A DNA stretch of 62,151 nucleotides from a virus (lineage: Duplodnaviria > Caudoviricetes), in IMG/VR virus record IMGVR_UViG_3300004369_000015, positions 1 through 62,151 of that record, one strand, 5' to 3'. This document shows positions 41,757 to 49,851 of this stretch, piece after piece; the stretch's first letter is position 1; each line of letters opens with the position of its first letter. Under the pieces are notes generated by a model. That model did not search any database. It worked only from the letters and a program-made list of their open reading frames with translations, and was not told the origin of the DNA. The position numbers and the translations under genes are program-made.

Positions 41757-42013
41757 TACATTTTCTTATATTTCATTCGGCTCACCTTGGTTGGGCTACC
41801 CAATGATTGTAATCCTGATGGTCTTCCGTATTGAGCACGTGCAGTTGTGCGAGTTGGAGCAGTCCATCTCTGAACGTCCTTAACTCTAAAGTTAGCAGAC
41901 AAAAAGTCTACATTGGTATTCTCAGTAGCCTTGCCCTTTTTGTAGGTGGTTTTGGTTTCGTCTCTCGAACCTTCAGCCCCACCTGCATTCATATCTTTTT
42001 TACCTCCTGCCAT
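41756..42013 (-). CDS. Small basic protein (85 aa)
   Basis: ORF track; first gene after the promoter. Confidence 0.65.
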   Translation of the reverse strand: MAGGKKDMNAGGAEGSRDETKTTYKKGKATENTNVDFLSANFRVKDVQRWTAPTRTTARAQYGRPSGLQSLGSPTKVSRMKYKKM

Positions 42014-42021
42014 TTTTATTG

Positions 42022-42043
42022 TATCTTTGTGAATACAAATTTA
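42022..42043. promoter_or_regulatory. Overlapping face-to-face -7 elements: TATCTTTG (+, 42022-42029) and TAAATTTG (-, 42036-42043)
   Basis: Two TAnnTTTG motifs in a short divergent intergenic gap. Confidence 0.6.
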
Positions 42044-42057
42044 ATGAATTTTATTTA

Positions 42058-42510
42058 ATGGTTTCGAAGTCGAGCATACCTGTCGACTATCTGAAATATT
42101 GGAGAGTCGTACGATACTACATCAAGGCCAAGTATAATATTGGTACTGCTGACCTTGATATGCTCCTGTTCCTCTACTCTGAAAAATACTTTAGCAAAGA
42201 CAAGTTCGATGAGTTCGATGAGTTAATCTCGTGGGATGTAAATCGATTTGACCGCCTACTTCGTGATGGATGGATTTCCGTTTTCAGAAAACGAAGTGGT
42301 CACAAAAAGGCTTTGTACGAAATGTCGTACAAAGGAAAACGGATGATACTGACTATGTATAAAAAACTAAACGGGGAAGAAATCCCCGTTAGCCCATCAG
42401 TCAATCCGATGTTTCAAAAGAATGTATCGTATAGCGATAAGGTATATCGAAATATGATATTAGAAATGAATGCCTTTATAAGACAACAACGACATCAGTC
42501 TCCCGAATAA
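42058..42510 (+). CDS. Winged-helix (MarR-like) DNA-binding protein
   Basis: DLDMLLFLY...FDRLLRDGWI...LYEMSYKGKRMI; oriented against its neighbours. Confidence 0.65.
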   Translation: MVSKSSIPVDYLKYWRVVRYYIKAKYNIGTADLDMLLFLYSEKYFSKDKFDEFDELISWDVNRFDRLLRDGWISVFRKRSGHKKALYEMSYKGKRMILTMYKKLNGEEIPVSPSVNPMFQKNVSYSDKVYRNMILEMNAFIRQQRHQSPE

Positions 42511-42733
42511 TCGTGTAAGCCTCTGAGCCGATTAGCATAGTGTATTCGGCTCGTGAGTCGTAATAGATGTCATCCTCTTTATTGATGACGGTCACATCAG
42601 TACCGACCTCAACGACCTTCCCTTTCTTGTAGCGTAGTTGGTTTGCATCCTCTGCGGATAGCAACAACCCTGACGAGGTTTCAATCTCTTCCTCGACCTT
42701 TTTTATTAGAATGTATTTCCCTATTGGTTTCAT
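42476..42733 (-). CDS. groES: Co-chaperonin GroES
   Basis: MKPIGKYILIK...TSSGLLL...GKVVEVG...IIRETDV. Confidence 0.9.
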   Translation of the reverse strand: MKPIGKYILIKKVEEEIETSSGLLLSAEDANQLRYKKGKVVEVGTDVTVINKEDDIYYDSRAEYTMLIGSEAYTIIRETDVVVVL

Positions 42734-42749
42734 ATCTTGGTTTTAAAGA

Positions 42750-42929
42750 TTAATCCTCGGTATGCCCATCATCGAATGGCTCGAGGTATTGGTGTACAAT
42801 CACCAAATCAACGAAACACTTATCATCGTTGCAGGAGTAGTTTGATACTATGCCTATGGCTTCACCGAATTCATCATAGTCTTGGTCTCCTCCCCATACC
42901 AAGTTTTTATTACAGTTAGGACACTTCAT
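42750..42929 (-). CDS. Small Zn-ribbon protein (59 aa, MKCPNCNKNLVWGGDQD...SCNDDKC)
   Basis: Translated by hand; lies between groEL and groES. Confidence 0.7.
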   Translation of the reverse strand: MKCPNCNKNLVWGGDQDYDEFGEAIGIVSNYSCNDDKCFVDLVIVHQYLEPFDDGHTED

Positions 42930-44511
42930 AACTACGGGCCATTGTAATGATTGCGTTGGTCGACAAGATGGTAACCGCTACAGACATCGCATTCTGTAGT
43001 GCACTGCGTGTAACCTTGAGTGGGTCGATGACACCCATATCGAACATATTATTGTACTCACCTGTCTTGGCGTTGTACCCATAGTTGTAGTCACTGTACT
43101 TCAACTTCTCGAAATGGGCGTTGTCAAGGTTAGCACCTGCATTGACTTGAATCTGTACCATAGCAGCACGAAGTGCTTGGTACATAATCTTGCCAACTAC
43201 ACTATGGTCATCCTCATAATTAAGTGACTCCTTAAACAATGCGAGGCCTCCCCCGGGAAGTATACCCTCTTCGAGTGCCGAGCGAACTGCGCACACCGCA
43301 TCATCGACACGGTCATAGAGTTCCTTCTGCTCGAGGTCTGTGTTACCACCAACGTAGATAACACCGATACCGCCTGTGAGGGAGGCAATTCTTGATAGAA
43401 TAAAATCTTTGTCTGCTTTCTTTATTGCGTTAGCGTGGGCCTTCTTGAGTTGAGCAACTCTCTCATCAACCCCCTCGTCTACTACGTCTGAGTCTTTGAT
43501 GATGACGGTGTTGTCTCTACCTACCACTACACGCTTGGCGAAGCCGAGGTCGTGGAATGAAATAAGGCTGAGGTCATCGCCTGTCTTTTCTGAGTAGTAT
43601 ACCGCACCTACTGAAAGTGCAATATCCTGCATTAATTCGTGCTGCTTGTAGCCGAACGAAGGTGGTGAGATTACACAGACCTTTAGGTCTCGTTTCAATT
43701 TGTTCGCTGCCAAGGTATTGATGACGTTGTTGGAACACGGTGCAATGATTAGGAGTTTGCAGTTCGTATTGATAATTGGTTTCAATACGTTCTCGATTTG
43801 CAGCAGGTTGGATATCTCTGCATCCGATACCAATATATGAGTGTCCTCAAAGACACACTCATCCTTCTCGTGGTTGTTGATGAACAGATGTGATTGGTAT
43901 CCTCGCTCCACCTTAATACCATTAGTGGTCTCGTAGTAGGTCTCTGCCGTTTGCGATTTGTCCACGGTAACAATACCATTAATACCAATAGACTTGTATA
44001 CACTCGCAATGATATTGCCGATGGTTGGGTCGTTGTTTGCGGAGATGGTAGCCACGTCCTTGAGCCTACCCTTTGTCACCTTGCGTGACTTGCGCTTGAG
44101 GCTCTCAATAACCTTCTCGGTCTCCTTGACTAACTCTCGCAAAACTTCCGTCTTATTCTCGTCTTTTTCTATAAGGGTCATCCCTGCTTTGACGATAGCC
44201 TCTGTAAGTACAATGGCCGTAGTAGTACCGTCACCTGCTGACGCAGCCGTTCTGTCTGCTGCCTCCTTCATCATCCGAACCGCAAGGTTCTCGACAGGGT
44301 CGATGAGGTCGACTGCTTTTGCAACCGTCACTCCATCCTTGGTTACCGTGATGCCGTGCGTGTGATGCTCCGACTCTATCAGTACCGTGTTTCCCATAGG
44401 GCCAAGCGTAGACTTAACTGCACTCGAAATCTGCTCAATGCCGTTGATTAACTTCTCTCTACCCTCTTGACCGAAATTTAAATTCTTTGGATTGTATCCG
44501 ATTTCACTCAT
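42916..44511 (-). CDS. groEL: Chaperonin GroEL
   Basis: STLGPMG, VTKDGVTVAK, AGDGTTTA, EEGILPGGG, GVIDP; start moved to MSEIG. Confidence 0.95.
   Translation of the reverse strand: MSEIGYNPKNLNFGQEGREKLINGIEQISSAVKSTLGPMGNTVLIESEHHTHGITVTKDGVTVAKAVDLIDPVENLAVRMMKEAADRTAASAGDGTTTAIVLTEAIVKAGMTLIEKDENKTEVLRELVKETEKVIESLKRKSRKVTKGRLKDVATISANNDPTIGNIIASVYKSIGINGIVTVDKSQTAETYYETTNGIKVERGYQSHLFINNHEKDECVFEDTHILVSDAEISNLLQIENVLKPIINTNCKLLIIAPCSNNVINTLAANKLKRDLKVCVISPPSFGYKQHELMQDIALSVGAVYYSEKTGDDLSLISFHDLGFAKRVVVGRDNTVIIKDSDVVDEGVDERVAQLKKAHANAIKKADKDFILSRIASLTGGIGVIYVGGNTDLEQKELYDRVDDAVCAVRSALEEGILPGGGLALFKESLNYEDDHSVVGKIMYQALRAAMVQIQVNAGANLDNAHFEKLKYSDYNYGYNAKTGEYNNMFDMGVIDPLKVTRSALQNAMSVAVTILSTNAIITMARSYEVS
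43841..43856. repeat. 16-bp palindrome GTGTC-CTCAAA-GACAC (inside groEL)
   Basis: Read directly. Confidence 0.9.
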
Positions 44512-44528
44512 AACTATTAGATTTTGTA

Positions 44529-44536
44529 CAAAGATA
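44529..44536 (-). promoter_or_regulatory. -7 promoter element TATCTTTG for groEL
   Basis: TAnnTTTG 17 nt upstream of the ATG. Confidence 0.6.
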
Positions 44537-44607
44537 CACAACTTTTTATATGTCTATGGGTATATTTCCGTATATTTGGTATGCATTTATATGCGAACGA
44601 GTATAAT

Positions 44608-44988
44608 ATGGAAGAGAAGGACTTGTTCTTATTTATGGTCTCCCTTATCCCTGACCTTGAAATGTCAGACTATCAGTTCTCAAAATACGACTGCTACTCA
44701 CGTATGTATAAGATGGATATCGAACTCAAGTGCAGACGCTCACACTATGATGACCTGATGATAGAGAAGATTAAATACGATGCACTAATGAAACGTGCAA
44801 AGAAGTTTGGCACTCGACCCGTATACGTCAACTCAACTCCGAAAGGTATATGGGCATTCTACTTGGATGAGTGCTTCATAGATTGGTGGAGTAAAGACTT
44901 ACCTAAGACTACCGACTTCGACATTAACGATAAGGTGCACAAGATAGTGGGCTACCTCAGTATTCACAAGGGCCGACAACTACAATGA
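44608..44988 (+). CDS. PD-(D/E)XK nuclease-like protein
   Basis: YD...IELKCR motif; start moved to MEEKD. Confidence 0.6.
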   Translation: MEEKDLFLFMVSLIPDLEMSDYQFSKYDCYSRMYKMDIELKCRRSHYDDLMIEKIKYDALMKRAKKFGTRPVYVNSTPKGIWAFYLDECFIDWWSKDLPKTTDFDINDKVHKIVGYLSIHKGRQLQ

Positions 44989-45073
44989 CGATTTACCGAA
45001 ATTTCATCCTCTATATAGTAGTAGTAGAAAAACGTTATATCCTATATTTGTCCTAAGAACTTTTGACTTTCAA

Positions 45074-45140
45074 ATCGACATTATCGACAGGGTCTTGATT
45101 ATCAATAAGTTAGAAATTATATATCGACATAAACCGACAT
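45074..45140. promoter_or_regulatory. Origin-like element 1: four YCGACA repeats around an IHF-consensus site (45100-45112)
   Basis: TATCAATAAGTTA matches WATCAANNNNTTR; similar to 55194-55262. Confidence 0.45.
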
Positions 45141-45161
45141 ATTATCAGCATAATAATAGCA

Positions 45162-45233
45162 GCCCCCATAGTTTAACGGATAAAACAGTTGCCTTCTAAG
45201 CAATCAATACAGGTTCGATTCCTGTTGGGGGTA
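45162..45233 (+). tRNA. tRNA-Arg(UCU)
   Basis: GCCCCCA/TGGGGGT acceptor, GTTGC-CTTCTAA-GCAAT anticodon arm, ACAGG-TTCGATT-CCTGT T arm; CCA not encoded. Confidence 0.92.
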
Positions 45234-45234
45234 C

Positions 45235-45265
45235 AAAAAAAAGGGGAGACAAAGTCCCCCCTCTT
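45235..45265. terminator. Terminator hairpin between convergent units
   Basis: A-run followed by GGGGAGAC-AAA-GTCCCCC. Confidence 0.65.
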
Positions 45266-45293
45266 CCAATCAACAAGTAAATCAGTGTGGGTA

Positions 45294-45443
45294 TTACATC
45301 CGATTTATTTTCTTAATAGCGTCAGCAGCAACCATAGCACTCGCATAGGCTGATACCTTGTTTGCCTTCTTCATAGCAGCCCTCATCTGACAGGCTTTCT
45401 GAATCCCGGTCATCCCCGGTTCTATTTGTTTTTTCATTTCCAT
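45294..45443 (-). CDS. Small hypothetical protein
   Basis: ORF track, using an internal ATG. Confidence 0.5.
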   Translation of the reverse strand: MEMKKQIEPGMTGIQKACQMRAAMKKANKVSAYASAMVAADAIKKINRM

Positions 45444-45592
45444 ATTTTTCCGTATTGAAAAGTAAATCCTATAAATCCTACATAAAGTTGCAACTCCCAA
45501 TAATCGTATTCTTCTTCACGTCCGTAGTATGACCATCCTAATGCGAAGCCTACCTTGAACCGATTGATTATCTGAAGAGAGAAACTTTTCAT
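45434..45592 (-). CDS. Small hydrophobic protein (52 aa)
   Basis: ATG directly after TATATTTG (45596-45603). Confidence 0.55.
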   Translation of the reverse strand: MKSFSLQIINRFKVGFALGWSYYGREEEYDYWELQLYVGFIGFTFQYGKIWK

Positions 45593-45649
45593 AAGCAAAT
45601 ATACGGAATTTTTTTGTGAGATATCCGTAGGTTTCAGGTTCCCACCGCA

Positions 45650-45870
45650 CCCACGTTCGGCCCCCCGCCACGGAAAGCGATTTTTTTTTCGAGGGGGGGT
45701 CATCGATTCTCGAGCGCACTGCGGATTTTTTGGCGATTTGCCACAGGCCCTATGACCCCTGCCTCATATCACTGCCACTATCACTGCCACTGCCCCCGTC
45801 CTGCCCCCGTCCTGCCCCACGTGGGGCACATATATAGCCCCCTGCCCCCTGCCCCGCCCCCCGCAGGGGA
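45650..45870. other. GC-rich, C-skewed non-coding region at the strand switch; candidate genome end, pac site or origin
   Basis: CCTGCCCC repeats, four long G-runs on the minus strand (45838-45862), perfect palindrome at 45813-45828. Confidence 0.5.
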
Positions 45871-45886
45871 GTGTCCCCAAGGACAC
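45871..45886. repeat. 16-bp palindrome GTGTC-CCCAAG-GACAC
   Basis: Read directly. Confidence 0.85.
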
Positions 45887-46003
45887 GCACAGAATTTTCA
45901 ACGGAAGACGTGCAGACATCTTCCTTAGCCCCTGCCCGACCTTTGACCGACCTAAACGAATTGCAGGGAACAGAATTTTTTTTATTTTTTTTTGCCACTA
46001 TGC

Positions 46004-46094
46004 TTGGATATTTAAGAATTAGACGTATATTGCACATACAAACGACAAGAAATACACAAAAAACAAACGTAACTAACTGAAAATCAATCACTTA
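46004..46094 (+). promoter_or_regulatory. First early promoter (TTG-N19-TATATTGC) with IHF-consensus site at 46082-46094
   Basis: Near-consensus Bacteroidota -33/-7; AATCAATCACTTA. Confidence 0.55.
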
Positions 46095-46113
46095 ACAATT
46101 AAATTTCTAAATT

Positions 46114-46773
46114 ATGAGCAATTTACTTCAAATCGAGCAGGACTTCTTAAACAACCCTGCAGTGCGTCAAGCCATCAACTTGACCGAAATCAATCGTGCG
46201 CAACGCAACGTACAGAATGCGCAAAAGCGCAAGTTCGAACACACTATGACCTTAGCAAGTTTGGTGACTAAGGCAGTGGAATGGTTTGACTCTGAAGAGG
46301 GCAAACGCATTTTTGCTGATGAGGGCATCGAATGGAGCAAGGCCGACTTTGGTCTCAAGGTCTTCGGATGGCAAAAGTCATTCTTCTACAAGGTCGTAAA
46401 GGCAGGAAACCTTGACCAACGTATCGTTGAGGCTTTCAATCGCAAATGCGATGAGGCAGGAGATGACGCACAACGTTCATTGGCAGGTCTGTTGAAATTC
46501 GCACAGAGCATCGACCTTGACTCACTCGAAATCGCTGAGGGCGCAACAGATGAGGAAATCGCACAGGCCGAGGCTGATGCTATCGAGAGCGCAGATGTTG
46601 AGACACGTGAAGAGCGTGTTCAAACAATCTTCACTATGACTTGGAAAAATCCTGCAGGACGTAGCGTGTCTGTCCGTATCGATGAGAATGGTCAAATCAT
46701 CACTCAAAACGTGGGCGCAGAAATCGCACAGGCAATGCAGTTCTTTATGTCTAAAATCGGAATGAGCAACTAA
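46114..46773 (+). CDS. First early protein (219 aa), possible HTH plus acidic segment
   Basis: Strong codon bias; WSKADFGLKVFGWQKSFFYKVVK looks HTH-like. Confidence 0.7.
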   Translation: MSNLLQIEQDFLNNPAVRQAINLTEINRAQRNVQNAQKRKFEHTMTLASLVTKAVEWFDSEEGKRIFADEGIEWSKADFGLKVFGWQKSFFYKVVKAGNLDQRIVEAFNRKCDEAGDDAQRSLAGLLKFAQSIDLDSLEIAEGATDEEIAQAEADAIESADVETREERVQTIFTMTWKNPAGRSVSVRIDENGQIITQNVGAEIAQAMQFFMSKIGMSN

Positions 46774-46800
46774 AAAGAAGACAAATTCTTTTAATCCACA

Positions 46801-46824
46801 GGGAGTGTCCTCAAAGACACTCCC
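46801..46824. repeat. Extended palindrome GGGAGTGTC-CTCAAA-GACACTCCC
   Basis: Identical to 232-255. Confidence 0.92.
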
Positions 46825-46839
46825 ACAAAAAACCAAAAA

Positions 46840-47781
46840 ATGACTACAGGAATCGAATACAAAAAAACAGGGCAGTACGGACGCAACATCGTGTTGGGAT
46901 ATCACCAAAGCCCTTCTCCCGAAATGCTTAACAAGGGAGCGAAAAACTCAGACGTGGCTAACTTCAAAAACGCTGAGCGCAAAAATCTTGTGCAGGATAT
47001 CACAGGAGACCACGAGTGCAAATTCACCATCGGAATGGAAGTCGAGAAAAGTCGTTTCAATCGTGGCGCAGTTACCGAATATCCTTTGTTCAAGGGCTTC
47101 GAGCGTGATTCATCTTGCGGATACGAGGCAATCACAAACGTGCTCCCATTGTTACCAAAGTCAACTTGGCGCAACAAGGTCTTCAATATGATGCACGAAG
47201 CAAAGCGCATCATCGAGGACTCTTATAGCCCATCAAGCCAACAATGCGGGGGGCACGTGACCTTGGCCGTTAAGGGGATGACAGGAGAAGAATTGCGTGA
47301 CGCAATGAAACCTTTCGCAGGAATCATTTACGCCCTGTTCCGCAAACGTTTGGACAACGGATACTGCAGAGAAAATATGTTCTTGAGTGCAGACCGAGAC
47401 CATCGCTCACGCTACCAAGTTTGCTTGGTAAAAGATGACCGCATCGAATGGCGTGTAGTGTCTCGCTTTCAATCTGTAAAACAGATGATGCGCAGATATG
47501 AATTGTTCTACGAATTGGTTGACCTTGCAGTGAACAATCCAAACGCAAAGTTCAGCACTGCCCTTTCTCGCGTACGTCCTGTGGTGATGTCAATGTACGG
47601 CCACGATGAGACCAAGGTGAACGTAATCTTTGAAATCGCTAAGGCAATGCAGAAGATGATTAACGAAGGCAGAATCAATCGTGATACCCTGCCTTTCGCT
47701 GACCCTCAAGGCAGGTACGCAAGATATGCAGACGAATATTACGATAGAGACCTGCAGACAAACGGACATCGCCAATGGTGA
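46840..47781 (+). CDS. Putative amidoligase (COOH-NH2 ligase, Amidoligase_2-like)
   Basis: FTIGMEVE, DSS...E, CGGHV, RY, IEWR motifs. Confidence 0.75.
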   Translation: MTTGIEYKKTGQYGRNIVLGYHQSPSPEMLNKGAKNSDVANFKNAERKNLVQDITGDHECKFTIGMEVEKSRFNRGAVTEYPLFKGFERDSSCGYEAITNVLPLLPKSTWRNKVFNMMHEAKRIIEDSYSPSSQQCGGHVTLAVKGMTGEELRDAMKPFAGIIYALFRKRLDNGYCRENMFLSADRDHRSRYQVCLVKDDRIEWRVVSRFQSVKQMMRRYELFYELVDLAVNNPNAKFSTALSRVRPVVMSMYGHDETKVNVIFEIAKAMQKMINEGRINRDTLPFADPQGRYARYADEYYDRDLQTNGHRQW

Positions 47782-47786
47782 TGTCT

Positions 47787-47802
47787 GTGTCCTCAAAGAC
47801 AC
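47787..47802. repeat. 16-bp palindrome GTGTC-CTCAAA-GACAC
   Basis: Read directly; 5 bp after the stop codon. Confidence 0.92.
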
Positions 47803-47866
47803 TACCAACCTCCTGTCAGAAACGGCAGGGGGATTTGGTGGTAGAAACCTTTTAATATTTTAAAAA

Positions 47867-48103
47867 ATGAAAAATCAAATCAACAAAACTCAAAACGTGA
47901 TTGCAGGAATTGCAATCGCAGGAATCGGAATCTGTGTAGTTCGCTTCTTGTATGCGCTAATCAACGACAGACATCTACACACCCTATCGGGAGTCATCAC
48001 CACAATCTTTGTGACCGCATTCGTTTGCTTTCTATTCGGATTAGTGGTGAAGATGTTTGCAGAGCACATCAAGGAACAGAAAAACAAACCAACCTTATTT
48101 TAA
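47867..48103 (+). CDS. Two-TM membrane protein
   Basis: Hydropathy pattern. Confidence 0.65.
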   Translation: MKNQINKTQNVIAGIAIAGIGICVVRFLYALINDRHLHTLSGVITTIFVTAFVCFLFGLVVKMFAEHIKEQKNKPTLF

Positions 48104-48104
48104 G

Positions 48105-48452
48105 ATGATGACTGCACACATTCAATTCGACACGCCTAATGGCCATCAATGGAAACTAACCAAAACGTTTCAAGATATGCGCCATTTAGACAACTTCATC
48201 AAGTACATATGCCGTACCAAGGGCTATATGCTTGACGAAGTATGGCACTTGTACGGATATCCTTTCAACGAGGGAGATACGTACTTCACTCTCGAGAAAG
48301 TCAACGATAAAATGCAGGTCGTTGAGTCCGTATGGGATGACGTGAGTGAGGAACTGCACAACCAAAACCCAAGCAGATTCTATGCATCTTCAAGACAGGA
48401 TGCGCAGAACTTCGCTAACGGAATAGAGAAAGGGCAGGTAGTCCTGCTATAA
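48105..48452 (+). CDS. Hypothetical protein
   Basis: ORF track, with the start at MMTAH. Confidence 0.6.
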   Translation: MMTAHIQFDTPNGHQWKLTKTFQDMRHLDNFIKYICRTKGYMLDEVWHLYGYPFNEGDTYFTLEKVNDKMQVVESVWDDVSEELHNQNPSRFYASSRQDAQNFANGIEKGQVVLL

Positions 48453-48465
48453 GTAAAACTCGGGG

Positions 48466-48481
48466 GTGTCCTCAAGGACAC
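48466..48481. repeat. 16-bp palindrome GTGTC-CTCAAG-GACAC
   Basis: Read directly; stem extended by flanking G/C. Confidence 0.92.
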
Positions 48482-48501
48482 TCCCATAATCAAATCAACA
48501 A

Positions 48502-48642
48502 ATGAAAAAAGTAATCTTAATCGTATTGGCATTGGCCACATTGCTTACGTCCTGCGGGAGCAGTAAGTACACAGGGAAATTCAAACACGCTTGTAGTCCT
48601 GCAAGAAAAAAGTATGTACACGGAGCGTTTCTACAATTCTAA
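48502..48642 (+). CDS. Small lipoprotein (46 aa)
   Basis: MKKVILIVLALATLLTS-C lipobox; translated by hand. Confidence 0.75.
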   Translation: MKKVILIVLALATLLTSCGSSKYTGKFKHACSPARKKYVHGAFLQF

Positions 48643-48654
48643 ATCAAATCAACA

Positions 48655-49224
48655 ATGGAAAATTTAATTGAACTAATGCGTGAAGACGCAAACAGAAATA
48701 AAGGCCATCGTTATTGGAATGGCGAGGGATTGCTTCAACGGAAATACGACCTGTATTGGAACGTGTTTGTTCCTGCATCAGGCGAGGCAAGTACACCATT
48801 CGGCAAGGCTCTTCGTGGCCTTGGCCGTTTGGCTCACGACTTTTGGAACAACGGATACGGCAACGCCTACGATATAATCCACACAACCTGCGAAGAGTGT
48901 GATGGATTCGGGCACTACACAAACGGAGACCTTAAGCAGGAAGAGTGCGAGTGGTGTGGTGGTGGTGGCGAACAAGAGGGAGAGGCAGAGTACAATAGAT
49001 TCTATTGGGAGATGGTATGCAACATCGGCGACTACCTTGGAGACCTTGGAGCGAGGTGGATGGACACTGAATCGGTACTGCAGGACTTCTTGAAATTCCT
49101 ACACGAGGGCGGGGCAAACAGAGCATATTGCCACGAGTGGAGTGGAGTGTTTGACGTGCTCATCACCAAGACAATCTTAAAGTTTGAAACAAGTTTAGAC
49201 CAACGTAAAATAAATGAACAATGA
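48655..49224 (+). CDS. Hypothetical protein with DnaJ-type CxxCxGxG zinc finger
   Basis: CEECDGFG and CEWCGGGG. Confidence 0.7.
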   Translation: MENLIELMREDANRNKGHRYWNGEGLLQRKYDLYWNVFVPASGEASTPFGKALRGLGRLAHDFWNNGYGNAYDIIHTTCEECDGFGHYTNGDLKQEECEWCGGGGEQEGEAEYNRFYWEMVCNIGDYLGDLGARWMDTESVLQDFLKFLHEGGANRAYCHEWSGVFDVLITKTILKFETSLDQRKINEQ

Positions 49225-49742
49225 AAAATCTAAATCGAATCATCATCGCAACCATCGGCACAATATGTTTTGCCCTTGGATTTACATCGTCACTGCTGAT
49301 GCAGGAGACAGAGAAACCAAAAGAAAAAGTGCAACCTATCTGCATTGACTCAGTGTCCTCAAAGACACACATCGATACGACTCCAAAGTTTGACGACTTG
49401 GTTCGTGCTATGATATGGGTGGAGAGTAGAGGCAACGACTCAGCCTACAACCACAGAGAAAATGCCGCAGGATGTTTGCAAATCAGACCCATCTGTGTAC
49501 GTGAAGTCAACCGAGTGTTGAGCAACAACGATGTCGACCTTGAGTACACACTCAGCGACAGGTGGGACAGAGAGAAGTCCATCGAGATGTTGGAAATCTT
49601 GGCCGAGCAAATCGACTACGATGAAGACGCAACCTTTATGGAATTTGCAGAACTCGTTGCACGTAAATGGAATGGTGGCCCCAATGGACACAAGATGCGA
49701 GGCACTCTTGGATATTGGAAGAAAGTCAAATCACATATGTAA
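49221..49742 (+). CDS. Membrane-anchored lysozyme-like/lytic transglycosylase
   Basis: N-terminal TM; VESRG, GCLQI, WNGGP; contains the palindrome at 49353-49368. Confidence 0.8.
   Translation: MKNLNRIIIATIGTICFALGFTSSLLMQETEKPKEKVQPICIDSVSSKTHIDTTPKFDDLVRAMIWVESRGNDSAYNHRENAAGCLQIRPICVREVNRVLSNNDVDLEYTLSDRWDREKSIEMLEILAEQIDYDEDATFMEFAELVARKWNGGPNGHKMRGTLGYWKKVKSHM
49353..49368. repeat. 16-bp palindrome GTGTC-CTCAAA-GACAC (intragenic)
   Basis: Read directly. Confidence 0.9.
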
Positions 49743-49749
49743 AATAAAC

Positions 49750-49780
49750 TTGCGTATGTCTAATTTATGTTTTATCTTTG
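49750..49780 (+). promoter_or_regulatory. Early promoter TTG-N20-TATCTTTG
   Basis: Bacteroidota consensus; near copy at 51319-51349. Confidence 0.75.
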
Positions 49781-49814
49781 TACAAATAATCAACAATTAA
49801 ATAACCCGAGGTCG

Positions 49815-49830
49815 GTGTCTTCAAAGACAC
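49815..49830. repeat. 16-bp palindrome GTGTC-TTCAAA-GACAC in a 5' leader
   Basis: Read directly; lies between promoter and ATG. Confidence 0.92.
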
Positions 49831-49851
49831 TCCTCACAAATCAAATCAACT

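Noticed and set aside
42737-42919. Plus-strand 60-aa ORF from the track
   Set aside because: The minus-strand 59-aa Zn-ribbon ORF (42750-42929) fits the groEL-groES operon better.
45162-45233. tRNA-Arg as an attP site implying a temperate lifestyle
   Set aside because: No integrase recognised and no duplicated tRNA 3' end.
45516-46091. Track ORFs across the GC-rich switch region
   Set aside because: Low-complexity translations of repeats and promoter DNA with poor start context.
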